64,000 nucleotides of DNA, taken from assembly GCA_944383895.1 (NCBI GenBank), contig CALWRH010000004.1:17287-81286 (forward strand), read 5' to 3'. Of this stretch, positions 18,013-26,548 are shown in pieces (position 1 is the first letter of the stretch; every line of letters starts with the position of its first letter). Below the pieces are notes generated by a model. The model saw only the letters and a program-made list of their open reading frames with translations, did no database searches and was not told the DNA's origin. The stretch is from an uncultured Christensenellaceae bacterium. Lineage in GTDB: Bacteria > Bacillota > Clostridia > Christensenellales > UBA3700. The position numbers and the translations under genes are program-made.

Positions 18013-19653
18013 ATGAAACGCAATTCAATGTGCCCGATATGTTTTTTGAAGACGGTTTTTACGCGTCCGTCAAAAGTGGGAAACGTCTATCCCGATAAAA
18101 AGTACGACAACGGAACGCTTACCGCGCCGCCTATGGGTTGGTCGAGCTGGAACACATTTAAGAACAATATAGACGAAGACCTGATTTACGACACTGCTGT
18201 CGCGATGAAGGAAAAAGGACTGCTTGCGGCAGGTTACGACCGTATAAATATGGACGACTGCTGGCACAGCTCTCTGAGAGACGCCGACGGCAATCTGCAA
18301 GGCGACCTTACAAGATTCTGCGGCGGTATAGAGTCGCTCGTAAAAAGAATAAACACACTCGGGCTCAAAGTCGGCATATATTCTTCCAACGGTACGCTGA
18401 CCTGCGAGGATCTGCCCGCAAGCCTCGGCAACGAGTACCGCGACGCTTATACGTTTGCAAAGTGGGGGATCGAGTTTTTCAAATACGACTTCTGTCACAA
18501 CGTGCCGCTTCCGTATTACGGACCCGTCGTATACGGCATAGAGCTTACCGAAAAAGGGCAGAAAGAAGGAAAATTCTATCCCTGTACAGACGCTAAACTC
18601 GAAGGACTCGCAAAATTCATGCCATGCAAAAAACTGCCTACCGGCTGTTTCGTGAGCGGTATGGACAAATGCCGCGGTGCTATGGAATACAACAACGTGT
18701 ACAGCGAAAACGGCGGCGAATACGTCTTTACGCTGTGCTGTAAAAAGACAAACAGTCAATTCGAAAAGCTGGCAATGGTCATAATTAACGACGATATTTA
18801 TCTTTGCCCGATACCTCCGCAGAAGTTCTGGAACCTGACTTCGCGTTTCCAGCTCAACGTAAAGCTTGAAAAGGGCGTGAACAAGGTGCGTATCTTCAAT
18901 CCGGTATCGAGCAGAGCGGACAGCGCGATGCTGCAATATCTGACGATGGGCAAAGCGCTCAAAGTTGCGACCGCGAGAGTGGCTGAAGAGAGCGGAAAAC
19001 CCGAAAAGCCTATCGTATATTCTATCTGCGAGTGGGGTAAAAACCAGCCGTGGAAATGGGGCGCTCTTGCAGGCAATATGTGGCGTACTACGGGCGATAT
19101 AATACCGTCGTGGGTATGGATAAAAATGATTTACAACAAGACGGTAAAACTTTACAAGTATGCGTCCGTCGGCGCATACAACGATCCCGATATGCTCGAA
19201 GTCGGCAACGGCAAGCTCACCGAGGAACAGAATAAGTCGCACTTTGCACTTTGGTGCATGATGGCGGCTCCGCTTATACTCGGCAACGATCTGAGGAGCA
19301 TAAAGGACGAAGTCCTCGATATAGTCACGAATAAGGACCTTATAGCCGTAGATCAGGATTCGCTCGGCAAAGCGGCAAAGAGAATCGTGAAAGGCAGCGT
19401 GGACGTGCTTGCAAGACCGCTCGAGGGCGGCGGAGCGGCGATATGTTTCTTCAACAAGACGGGACGAAAGAAGCGTGCGCGCATAAGCGTAGAAAAGCTT
19501 ATCGAGGACGGATACGCAGGATTGAAGAAAGGCGTGGTTTACGACTGTAAAGAAGTGTATTCCGCAAAAGAGTATGCGCTCAAAGACAGACTCGAGGTCG
19601 AACTGAACAAAGACGCCTGCGAAGTTATCGTGCTCACAAAGCGCGACGCATGA
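18013..19653 (+). CDS. Alpha-galactosidase (GH27)
   Basis: PPMGWSSWNTF, NMDDCW, KYDFC, DMLEVGNG. GGAGG SD. Confidence 0.85.
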   Translation: MKRNSMCPICFLKTVFTRPSKVGNVYPDKKYDNGTLTAPPMGWSSWNTFKNNIDEDLIYDTAVAMKEKGLLAAGYDRINMDDCWHSSLRDADGNLQGDLTRFCGGIESLVKRINTLGLKVGIYSSNGTLTCEDLPASLGNEYRDAYTFAKWGIEFFKYDFCHNVPLPYYGPVVYGIELTEKGQKEGKFYPCTDAKLEGLAKFMPCKKLPTGCFVSGMDKCRGAMEYNNVYSENGGEYVFTLCCKKTNSQFEKLAMVIINDDIYLCPIPPQKFWNLTSRFQLNVKLEKGVNKVRIFNPVSSRADSAMLQYLTMGKALKVATARVAEESGKPEKPIVYSICEWGKNQPWKWGALAGNMWRTTGDIIPSWVWIKMIYNKTVKLYKYASVGAYNDPDMLEVGNGKLTEEQNKSHFALWCMMAAPLILGNDLRSIKDEVLDIVTNKDLIAVDQDSLGKAAKRIVKGSVDVLARPLEGGGAAICFFNKTGRKKRARISVEKLIEDGYAGLKKGVVYDCKEVYSAKEYALKDRLEVELNKDACEVIVLTKRDA

Positions 19654-19709
19654 TAATGCTTTACCCTTGAAAAAATTTTGAAAACAAAATAACAAACCGC
19701 AATTAAGAC

Positions 19710-19756
19710 GCACGGGCATGGAAAATTTATATATTTCCGTCCGTGCCGTTTTTTGT
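19710..19756 (+). terminator. Intrinsic terminator of the GH27 gene
   Basis: GCACGG...GGAAA / TTTCC...CCGTGC interrupted stem, followed by CGTTTTTTG. Confidence 0.65.
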
Positions 19757-19771
19757 ATACGAGCCGCAATA

Positions 19772-20041
19772 ATGGTCAATAATCGGGGTATGAGAAGAGG
19801 TTGCGGTTGCGGCGGCTGTCTTTCTAAGATAGTCGTCGCGGTAATAGTTATATTTGTCGCTTTGTATTGGGGCTATTCTTCGCTTACGCTCGAAAAACTC
19901 GGCAAGGCGGACGAGGCAGGCATGTTCGGATTTCTCGGAGAGAGATACGAGGACAAGTCACCCCGAGATTTAGGCATAGAAGATCTGACTCTCAAAGAGA
20001 TAATCGAGTGGTTTCTTAACAGAGAAGACGCCGCCCCTTGA
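19772..20041 (+). CDS. Small hypothetical membrane protein
   Basis: Basic, Cys-rich N-terminus (RRGCGCGGC) and then one TM helix (IVVAVIVIFVALYWGY). The track start at 19718 lies inside the upstream terminator. The ATG at 19790 is an alternative start. The SD is weak. Confidence 0.45.
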   Translation: MVNNRGMRRGCGCGGCLSKIVVAVIVIFVALYWGYSSLTLEKLGKADEAGMFGFLGERYEDKSPRDLGIEDLTLKEIIEWFLNREDAAP

Positions 20042-20059
20042 CAGAGCGGCGTCGGACGG

Positions 20060-20194
20060 TCAGTCCTCGATATATTCGTCGAGTTTGTCTTCAAAGTGGT
20101 AAAAACCGTCCGCTTCGTCTTTGAGGCTCATTTCAAGATTTTGTTTGTCTACGTCGCGTGCCGTCGACGTATTCTTTTTTTTAGTCTTTTTCAT
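20060..20194 (-). CDS. 44-aa basic-then-acidic hypothetical protein (not in the ORF track)
   Basis: AGGAGGTGAAATT-ATG (SD is the reverse complement of 20201-20207). Translation: MKKTKKKNTSTARDVDKQNLEMSLKDEADGFYHFEDKLDEYIED. Confidence 0.55.
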   Translation of the reverse strand: MKKTKKKNTSTARDVDKQNLEMSLKDEADGFYHFEDKLDEYIED

Positions 20195-20283
20195 AATTTC
20201 ACCTCCTGATTTATTGTGCGCGCAGGTTCAGTTATTATACAGAGATGTTGCGTTGTATAAGGATTCTGTGCTACAATACAGTT

Positions 20284-21657
20284 ATGCAAAAAGGCGATAT
20301 TCTCGATCTTGAAATAGTTTCTTCGGGTATGGAAGGAGAGGGCGTTGCGCGCGTAGACGGCATGGTCGTTTTCGTGCCGCTTTGCATGCAGGGCGAAAAG
20401 GTGCGCGTAATGGTCAGAGAGGTGAATAAAAAGTTTGCCCGCGCGACAGTGATAAAAGTCCTCGAGCCGTCGCCTGACAGAACAGAGCCTCTGTGTCCGA
20501 TATTTTACCGCTGCGGCTGCTGCGATATGCAGCATATAAAATATGACCGTCAGCTTCTGATAAAAAAGGCAAACGTCGAGGCATGTCTTTACAAGGCTCT
20601 GGGCAGAAAGGTGCAAGTCGACGACGTGCGAGGCGATGGGAAGGTATATGGCTACCGCAACAAGATACAGGTCCCGCTCGCAAAAGTCGGCGGCAAAGTA
20701 GTCGCAGGATACTATAAAGGGAATACGCACAATGTAGTGCCTTTCGGTCAGAGAGTCAGAGAAGATCTCGGTGCGTGCGTTATGTATACGGGCGGCATGC
20801 AGGATATGCTCGACGCTTTTCTGCGTTACGCAAACGAGGTCGGGCTCGACTGTTACGACGAGCAGAAACACACGGGTTTTCTTCGCCATTTCGTCGCAAG
20901 ACGGGTAGGGGACAAATATGCCGTCGTAATCGTTGCCAACGGCAAAAAACTGCCTTTGGAAAAGAAACTCATAGAGGTATTAAAGAACACGGGCAGGGAA
21001 TTTTCTCTGTATTTTGACAGCAATACAAAAAAGACCAACGTGATCATGTCGCCGGACATAAAAGTACTTTACGGCAGCGAGAGGCTGGATGCGGATATTT
21101 GCGGAGTGCGCGCAAAAGTCAGTCCGCTTTCGTTCATGCAGGTCAACGACGGCGTCAGGGATATGATATACGAGGCAGTAGCGGAGCGTATTAAAGAGGA
21201 CGCGGACAAGGTCGTGATTGACGCTTACAGCGGCGCGGGAGTACTTACCAACGTGCTTGCAAAAAGCGCGGATAAAGTGTACGGCATAGAGATAGTGCCC
21301 GAGGCGGTTGCCGACGCGGACGAACTCACGGAGCAGAGCGGCAATGTCGGAAAAGTCGAGAATATATGCGGCGACTGCGTAGAAAAGTTGCCTGCGCTCG
21401 CAGAAAAACTCAGAGAGCAAGGCAGACGTTTTGCCGTCGTTCTCGACCCTCCGCGCAAAGGTTGCGACGAAAGAGTGCTCGACGCGCTGAAATCGGCTAA
21501 GCCCGACAAGGTATATTATATCTCATGCAATCCCGCTACGCTTGCAAGAGATCTTGCCCGGCTCGACGACGCTTATACAATCATGTCGGTCACGCCGTAC
21601 GATATGTTCCCCGAAACAAAACATGTAGAGACTTTGGTTTGCCTTGAAAAGAAATAA
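20284..21657 (+). CDS. 23S rRNA (uracil-5-)-methyltransferase, RumA/RlmCD family
   Basis: TRAM-like N-terminus, Fe-S Cys cluster CPIFYRCGCCDMQH, DAYSGAGV, LDPPRKGC, YISCNPATLARD. The ATG at 20284 is preferred to the track start at 20245. Confidence 0.9.
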   Translation: MQKGDILDLEIVSSGMEGEGVARVDGMVVFVPLCMQGEKVRVMVREVNKKFARATVIKVLEPSPDRTEPLCPIFYRCGCCDMQHIKYDRQLLIKKANVEACLYKALGRKVQVDDVRGDGKVYGYRNKIQVPLAKVGGKVVAGYYKGNTHNVVPFGQRVREDLGACVMYTGGMQDMLDAFLRYANEVGLDCYDEQKHTGFLRHFVARRVGDKYAVVIVANGKKLPLEKKLIEVLKNTGREFSLYFDSNTKKTNVIMSPDIKVLYGSERLDADICGVRAKVSPLSFMQVNDGVRDMIYEAVAERIKEDADKVVIDAYSGAGVLTNVLAKSADKVYGIEIVPEAVADADELTEQSGNVGKVENICGDCVEKLPALAEKLREQGRRFAVVLDPPRKGCDERVLDALKSAKPDKVYYISCNPATLARDLARLDDAYTIMSVTPYDMFPETKHVETLVCLEKK

Positions 21658-21660
21658 TGC

Positions 21661-21704
21661 AAAGCCCGCCGACCGCGAATCCCTTGCATCGGGCGGGCTT
21701 TTTG
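21661..21704 (+). terminator. Intrinsic terminator after the methyltransferase gene
   Basis: AAAGCCCGCC ... GGCGGGCTTT stem followed by TTGG. The loop is large (about 21 nt). Confidence 0.6.
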
Positions 21705-21974
21705 GCTATAATATAAAAAAAGTGAGAGGTGAATAACAGAGGGATATGTCCACAGAGTGATAGGGACGGGAAATCCTGAACAGTTTTTGCGATGTTGAGC
21801 AAAGACCGATCAGTTTTAATAATACGCATAAAGAGATTTTGCATATAAATTTTTATATTCGGGTAAAGAATAAAGGTATCGTCGCAAAAGTACGTTTGTA
21901 ACTTTATCGACGGCTGACGTATCTCGGTCCGAGGCGGATTTTACGGGGAAATAATTATAAGGGAAGGAATATAT

Positions 21975-22979
21975 ATGACAAAGGGTAAAAAGGCACTTAT
22001 CGCCGTGATATCGGTGATCATGGCGCTCGTGCTTATCGGGTGTTTCGTTACCGTAGTCTGCGGCATATTCGACATGACGCTTTCTGAAAAATACGATTTT
22101 ATCGAGTACGACGGCAGCAAAGGCGGTGACAGGATTCATTTTCTCAATGTCGGTAACAGCGACGCAATATTGCTTGAAAGCAAAGGCAGATTCGCGCTTG
22201 TCGACTGCGGAGAAGACACAGACAATCCGCGAGGATTCGAAAATCTGGAGCTTGAAGGATACGAGGATTTCGTCGTCGATTATCTCAACGAATTCTGCGC
22301 GGACGAAGACGGCGAAATCTATCTCGATTTTATAATCGGAACTCATGCGCACTCTGATCATCTCGGCGGGTTCGACACCGTGCTTTCTCAGGACAACGTG
22401 CATCTCGGGAGAGCATATCTCAAGCGTTATCACGAAGACAGGATAAAGAAGTCTGAAGTCGAGAACTGGGATAATCTCGAGGTTTACAACCAGACAGTGG
22501 ACGCGATAAATGCGCAGGGTGCAGAGCTTATACAGGACTTGGAGGATGTATCTTTCACTTTCGGCAACTATAAGATTACCATATACAACGGGCAAGAGGC
22601 TGAGGAGGGAGAAAAGGTCGGAGAGAACGAAAATTCTCTCGCTGTTCTCGTAGAGAAAGACGGATACAAAGTCATGCTCAGCGGTGATCTTAATAATTTC
22701 GACGGTGACGAAGACAGGGTAGCTCCTTTAGTTGGCAAAGTCAACGTGCTGAAACTCGGACATCACGGATATATGGGATCGTCCACTCTCGGATACGTCA
22801 ATACGTTAAAGCCTGATCTTGCTGTACAGACGTGTGGGGATCCTGCAAATTATTCTGTAAAATTCAGCGTTACGATAATAAACCGTGCGCCTATATATTC
22901 GACGGGTAAGCTCAACGGGATAATACTTGACATAACGGATGTCGAGGACGTAAAGCTATACAAAAATATCGTTATATAA
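21975..22979 (+). CDS. Membrane-anchored MBL-fold metallo-hydrolase (ComEC C-terminal-domain-like)
   Basis: N-terminal TM helix, HAHSDHLGG metal motif, GHHG near the C-terminus. Confidence 0.8.
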   Translation: MTKGKKALIAVISVIMALVLIGCFVTVVCGIFDMTLSEKYDFIEYDGSKGGDRIHFLNVGNSDAILLESKGRFALVDCGEDTDNPRGFENLELEGYEDFVVDYLNEFCADEDGEIYLDFIIGTHAHSDHLGGFDTVLSQDNVHLGRAYLKRYHEDRIKKSEVENWDNLEVYNQTVDAINAQGAELIQDLEDVSFTFGNYKITIYNGQEAEEGEKVGENENSLAVLVEKDGYKVMLSGDLNNFDGDEDRVAPLVGKVNVLKLGHHGYMGSSTLGYVNTLKPDLAVQTCGDPANYSVKFSVTIINRAPIYSTGKLNGIILDITDVEDVKLYKNIVI

Positions 22980-23107
22980 AACAGCGGGACGTTAACCGAA
23001 TCAAGTCTGATTTTTGCTTGCTGAAATTAAAAATACGCATTACGTACCGCGAAAAGAGTCGAAAAAGTACTTATTTGCGCGTATTGATTTTATCTTTTGA
23101 TATTTCC

Positions 23108-23136
23108 TTGCATTTTAATCACAAAAGTAATATAAT
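23108..23136 (+). promoter_or_regulatory. Near-consensus sigma-A promoter for the small ORF at 23164
   Basis: TTGCAT (23108-23113), 17-nt spacer, TATAAT (23131-23136). Confidence 0.6.
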
Positions 23137-23163
23137 TCGCTTGTGTGATTGGGAGGTAGGCAA

Positions 23164-23403
23164 ATGATTATTGTGGATTTCAACAAAGCCGCAAGGCGCG
23201 GTCTGAACCGCAGAAGGGTGGAAATGAGCAGCAGATACAGCGAAACGAGCAGCATACTTTCGCGTATTGCCAATTTGCAGCGCATGCTTGACGCAGGCAA
23301 ATTGTCAGGGGACGAAAAGAGATATTTCGAGAGCAGACGCAAACTGAATAATCTTATTTTCGCCGTCGTTGCAGACGACGTCGGGGTCAGAGAAAGAAGA
23401 TAA
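23164..23403 (+). CDS. 79-aa Arg-rich hypothetical protein
   Basis: GGGAGG SD 7 nt upstream of the ATG at 23164 (the track start at 23149 is TTG, inside the SD). It has its own promoter. I recognise no family. Confidence 0.55.
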   Translation: MIIVDFNKAARRGLNRRRVEMSSRYSETSSILSRIANLQRMLDAGKLSGDEKRYFESRRKLNNLIFAVVADDVGVRERR

Positions 23404-23600
23404 GAGAAATGATCGTCCTGCAACGGTCAAAGAGTTTTTGAGCAGAATGGCGGTTCAGGATTTATAGCAGATATCTTCACTGAGAAAACAGGAAAAAGCG
23501 CATTTCAAAAAATGTGCAGACTTTTTGTGTGTAAAAAATCACATAAAAGAGATAATTCTGGCAGGCAACTCGAGAGTGTTATAATTTTCACAAACCTCAG

Positions 23601-24443
23601 CTATTTTCTGAACTGCGCACGGTAGCGGCTGGGTGTCATGCCTGTCTGACGCTTAAATGCATTGGAAAAATAGTGCTGATCTATAAAATTGAGCTTGTCT
23701 GCGATTTCGTTTATCGTTTCTTCGCCCGTTCTGAGATACATTTCTGCGAGCTCTATTTTGCGCTTGAGATAATACTGAGCGGGAGTCATGTTAAACTCTT
23801 TTTTGAAAGAGCGGATGACGTAATTTACAGAATAATGCAGATTTTCGGCTATGTCTTTTATTGACAGATTTTCGTGAGAAGAATAGTCTATGGCGTATTT
23901 TACTTTATACGCTACGTTATCGCCGAATCTCGTCAAAGAGGCGTTTACGTCTACCATAAAACTGCAGAAAAGCAACGTTGCGTATTTCAGAAACTCTTCT
24001 ATGTTATCCGAATACGTCTTCAGCAGATCGTTCATGCCTGAAAAGAGATATTCTGCGTTAAAATCGGGGACGTAATAGACGTCTTTTGGCAGATACCATC
24101 CAAGCATTTTGTGCGCGAGCTCGCCGTCTATCACGAGCCATTTTTTTATCCAGAGGTTGTCTTTGTCGGGATAATATCTGTGGTTGCTGTTTTTTGTAAT
24201 GAAGAAGACTCCGCCTTCTTTTACTTTTACGGTCGAACCGTTGATTTCGAGAGTTCCGCTGCCTTTTACGATGTATTCTATAGCGGTGATCTGAGAATTT
24301 TTCCGCTGGGTAAAATATCCGCTGTCGTTTGTCGAAACGCAGTCGGAAGTCCCTATCATGCCTACGAAAAAAGGCATCGAAGGGTTGTAATAATTCCACA
24401 AAATTACGGCATCGTCGCTCAGGTTTGTTTTTTTAACTTTCAT
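23601..24443 (-). CDS. AraC-family transcriptional regulator
   Basis: 280 aa. Cupin-like N-domain plus a C-terminal double HTH (IADKLNFIDQHYFSNAFKRQTGMTPSRYR). Confidence 0.9.
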   Translation of the reverse strand: MKVKKTNLSDDAVILWNYYNPSMPFFVGMIGTSDCVSTNDSGYFTQRKNSQITAIEYIVKGSGTLEINGSTVKVKEGGVFFITKNSNHRYYPDKDNLWIKKWLVIDGELAHKMLGWYLPKDVYYVPDFNAEYLFSGMNDLLKTYSDNIEEFLKYATLLFCSFMVDVNASLTRFGDNVAYKVKYAIDYSSHENLSIKDIAENLHYSVNYVIRSFKKEFNMTPAQYYLKRKIELAEMYLRTGEETINEIADKLNFIDQHYFSNAFKRQTGMTPSRYRAQFRK

Positions 24444-24534
24444 ACATTAATTACGTCTTTTAATTATTATAAAAAGATGTTACAATTATCGTAACATACT
24501 TTGCATTGTTTTTCAAGCAGCAAGGAGAAAGGTA

Positions 24535-26475
24535 ATGGGGAAAATATCAAACGTCTGGTACGACGTGCGCAGTTATTGGGAGAAACCTCGCAAGACGGAG
24601 TATGTGTCGTACAAAGAAGTTTTCAACTTCTGCATCGGAGGCATAGGCATTAAGACGCTCGGCTCGCTTCTGTCATACATGACGCTGGCATCGACGTGTC
24701 TTTTGTTCGGATCGGTTTACGGACTGAGCCCGCGCCATTTTATAATTCTTACCGTCATAACCAACGTGATAAGCATTATAAAGACTCCGTTCGTCAGCAT
24801 GCTCGTTGACAATACGCATACTAAAATAGGCAAATTCAGACCGTACGTTCTTTGGGCAGGCATACCTACCGTCGTGGGTATAATAGGTATGGCATATATA
24901 CCTCTGGATGCCCCTCCGGTCGTAAAGGTCGTAGTTGTCGGCATACTGATAAATCTCGTTACTATCGCTCAGCCGCTTTACAACAACGCTTATATGGGCG
25001 TATCGCAGACGATCACGCCGAATTCTTACGAACGCACAAAAATCCTGAGCGTTTCCGAGTTTCTTGCAAATCTCGGTCCGAGTCTTGTACAACTTCTGTT
25101 GCCGTCGTTGGCGGGTATTTTCTTGGGCAAGGACTGTATGACGAATATTCTGACTTACAGGATATTCTTTCCGATATTTGCCATAGCGGGATTCCTTATG
25201 GGACTTCTCGTCATGACGAATACGCGCGAGCGTACGTTAATCAAAGATTGTGAAAAAGAAGAAAAACTGCCTTTTTTCAAGGGTATAAGAGAGATAAGCA
25301 AAAGCAGATATTTCTGGATAGTTTCGATATCCAAATTTTTTGACGGGTTCAAAGGCGGTATAGGAGTACTGCTTGCCTGGGTGTGCACTTATCAGCTCGG
25401 CAATTCCGCCGCTCTCGGTATCGTCCAGACCATTACCTCTATGGGCTTTACCCCCGGCATAATACTTGCGCCTCTGCTTATGAAAAAGATGGGCACCAAA
25501 AACGCAGCTTTCTTTGCTCACGCGCTCAACTGTGCCGCGTCACTTCTCATGCTTTTCACTTTCAGAAACGGTTTCGTGTTTTTCGTCATTGCGCTTTTCT
25601 GTTATAATTTCGCGTCGGGACCGCAGTACATAATGCAGACGAGCATATTGTCTGACGGATTGGACTATCATCAGGACAAATACGGTACGCGTCTTGAAGG
25701 TTTTGCGCAAAACTTCATGCTGATGATAACAACGATCGGTACGATACTGTCTACCGTAACCTTCTCTATGATATACGAGAACTTCGGACTCGTTGCCGAC
25801 GAAACCACGGGACTTACGGATTACAATATACTCACCGATGCAGCAGTCAGAGAACCTATCATACAGTGGGTGGTCATCGTTGCGATGATAGCGGGAGGAC
25901 TTGCGGCACTTCCTTATATCTTCTGCAATCTCAAGGCAAAAGATATGGTTGAAATAAGAGAGAGGCTCGAATATAAAAAGTTCTGCGGCAGAGAAGAGTG
26001 CGTCGGATTGCCCGAAGAAGAGATAAAAAAGATGTATGCCGCATACCTCGAGGACGTCGAACGCGAGCACGAGGCAGAAAAACGCAAGGTAGAGGCTCTC
26101 AAACGTGAGGCGGAAGAAAGACAGCTTGCCGCGGTCAAAGAAAAAGAAGATTTCAATAAAGCGCTTTTTGACAAACAGACAGAACTTGCGTCTTCGGGTG
26201 CATCGCAGAGAGAGATAAAAGCAGCCTTGAAAGCTATGAAAGAAGAGAGAAAACAGAGGCTGAATAAAGAGTCTGCAGAAAAGCGTAAGGCTTTTATAGA
26301 AGAATACAAGGCTTTCCGCAAAAGAAAGAAGGAATTCATTTTACAGGATGTAAAAGAAAGAAAAGAACGAGGAGAAAAAGGTTTTCTTAAGATACTCGCA
26401 AAAGAAAAATTCGAAGATATGATAGTTGCGGAAAACATTGAAAAGGCAGAAGAAACGTCGGGATCTGAAAATTAA
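24535..26475 (+). CDS. GPH-family MFS glycoside/cation symporter with a C-terminal charged extension of about 180 aa
   Basis: About 12 TM segments, with GKFRPYVLW and other GPH-type motifs. The C-terminal K/E-rich helical tail starts around 25930. Confidence 0.85.
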   Translation: MGKISNVWYDVRSYWEKPRKTEYVSYKEVFNFCIGGIGIKTLGSLLSYMTLASTCLLFGSVYGLSPRHFIILTVITNVISIIKTPFVSMLVDNTHTKIGKFRPYVLWAGIPTVVGIIGMAYIPLDAPPVVKVVVVGILINLVTIAQPLYNNAYMGVSQTITPNSYERTKILSVSEFLANLGPSLVQLLLPSLAGIFLGKDCMTNILTYRIFFPIFAIAGFLMGLLVMTNTRERTLIKDCEKEEKLPFFKGIREISKSRYFWIVSISKFFDGFKGGIGVLLAWVCTYQLGNSAALGIVQTITSMGFTPGIILAPLLMKKMGTKNAAFFAHALNCAASLLMLFTFRNGFVFFVIALFCYNFASGPQYIMQTSILSDGLDYHQDKYGTRLEGFAQNFMLMITTIGTILSTVTFSMIYENFGLVADETTGLTDYNILTDAAVREPIIQWVVIVAMIAGGLAALPYIFCNLKAKDMVEIRERLEYKKFCGREECVGLPEEEIKKMYAAYLEDVEREHEAEKRKVEALKREAEERQLAAVKEKEDFNKALFDKQTELASSGASQREIKAALKAMKEERKQRLNKESAEKRKAFIEEYKAFRKRKKEFILQDVKERKERGEKGFLKILAKEKFEDMIVAENIEKAEETSGSEN

Positions 26476-26548
26476 AACGGATTCAGGTTATAAAAAAGGA
26501 TTGCTGAAAAGCAATCCTTTTTTTGTTTATATCGAGCGGGTTTTCCGA

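Noticed and set aside
21700-21974. 275-bp non-coding stretch upstream of the MBL-fold gene, examined for a riboswitch or sRNA.
   Set aside because: I could find no convincing conserved-looking helices, terminator or known motif. It is left unannotated.
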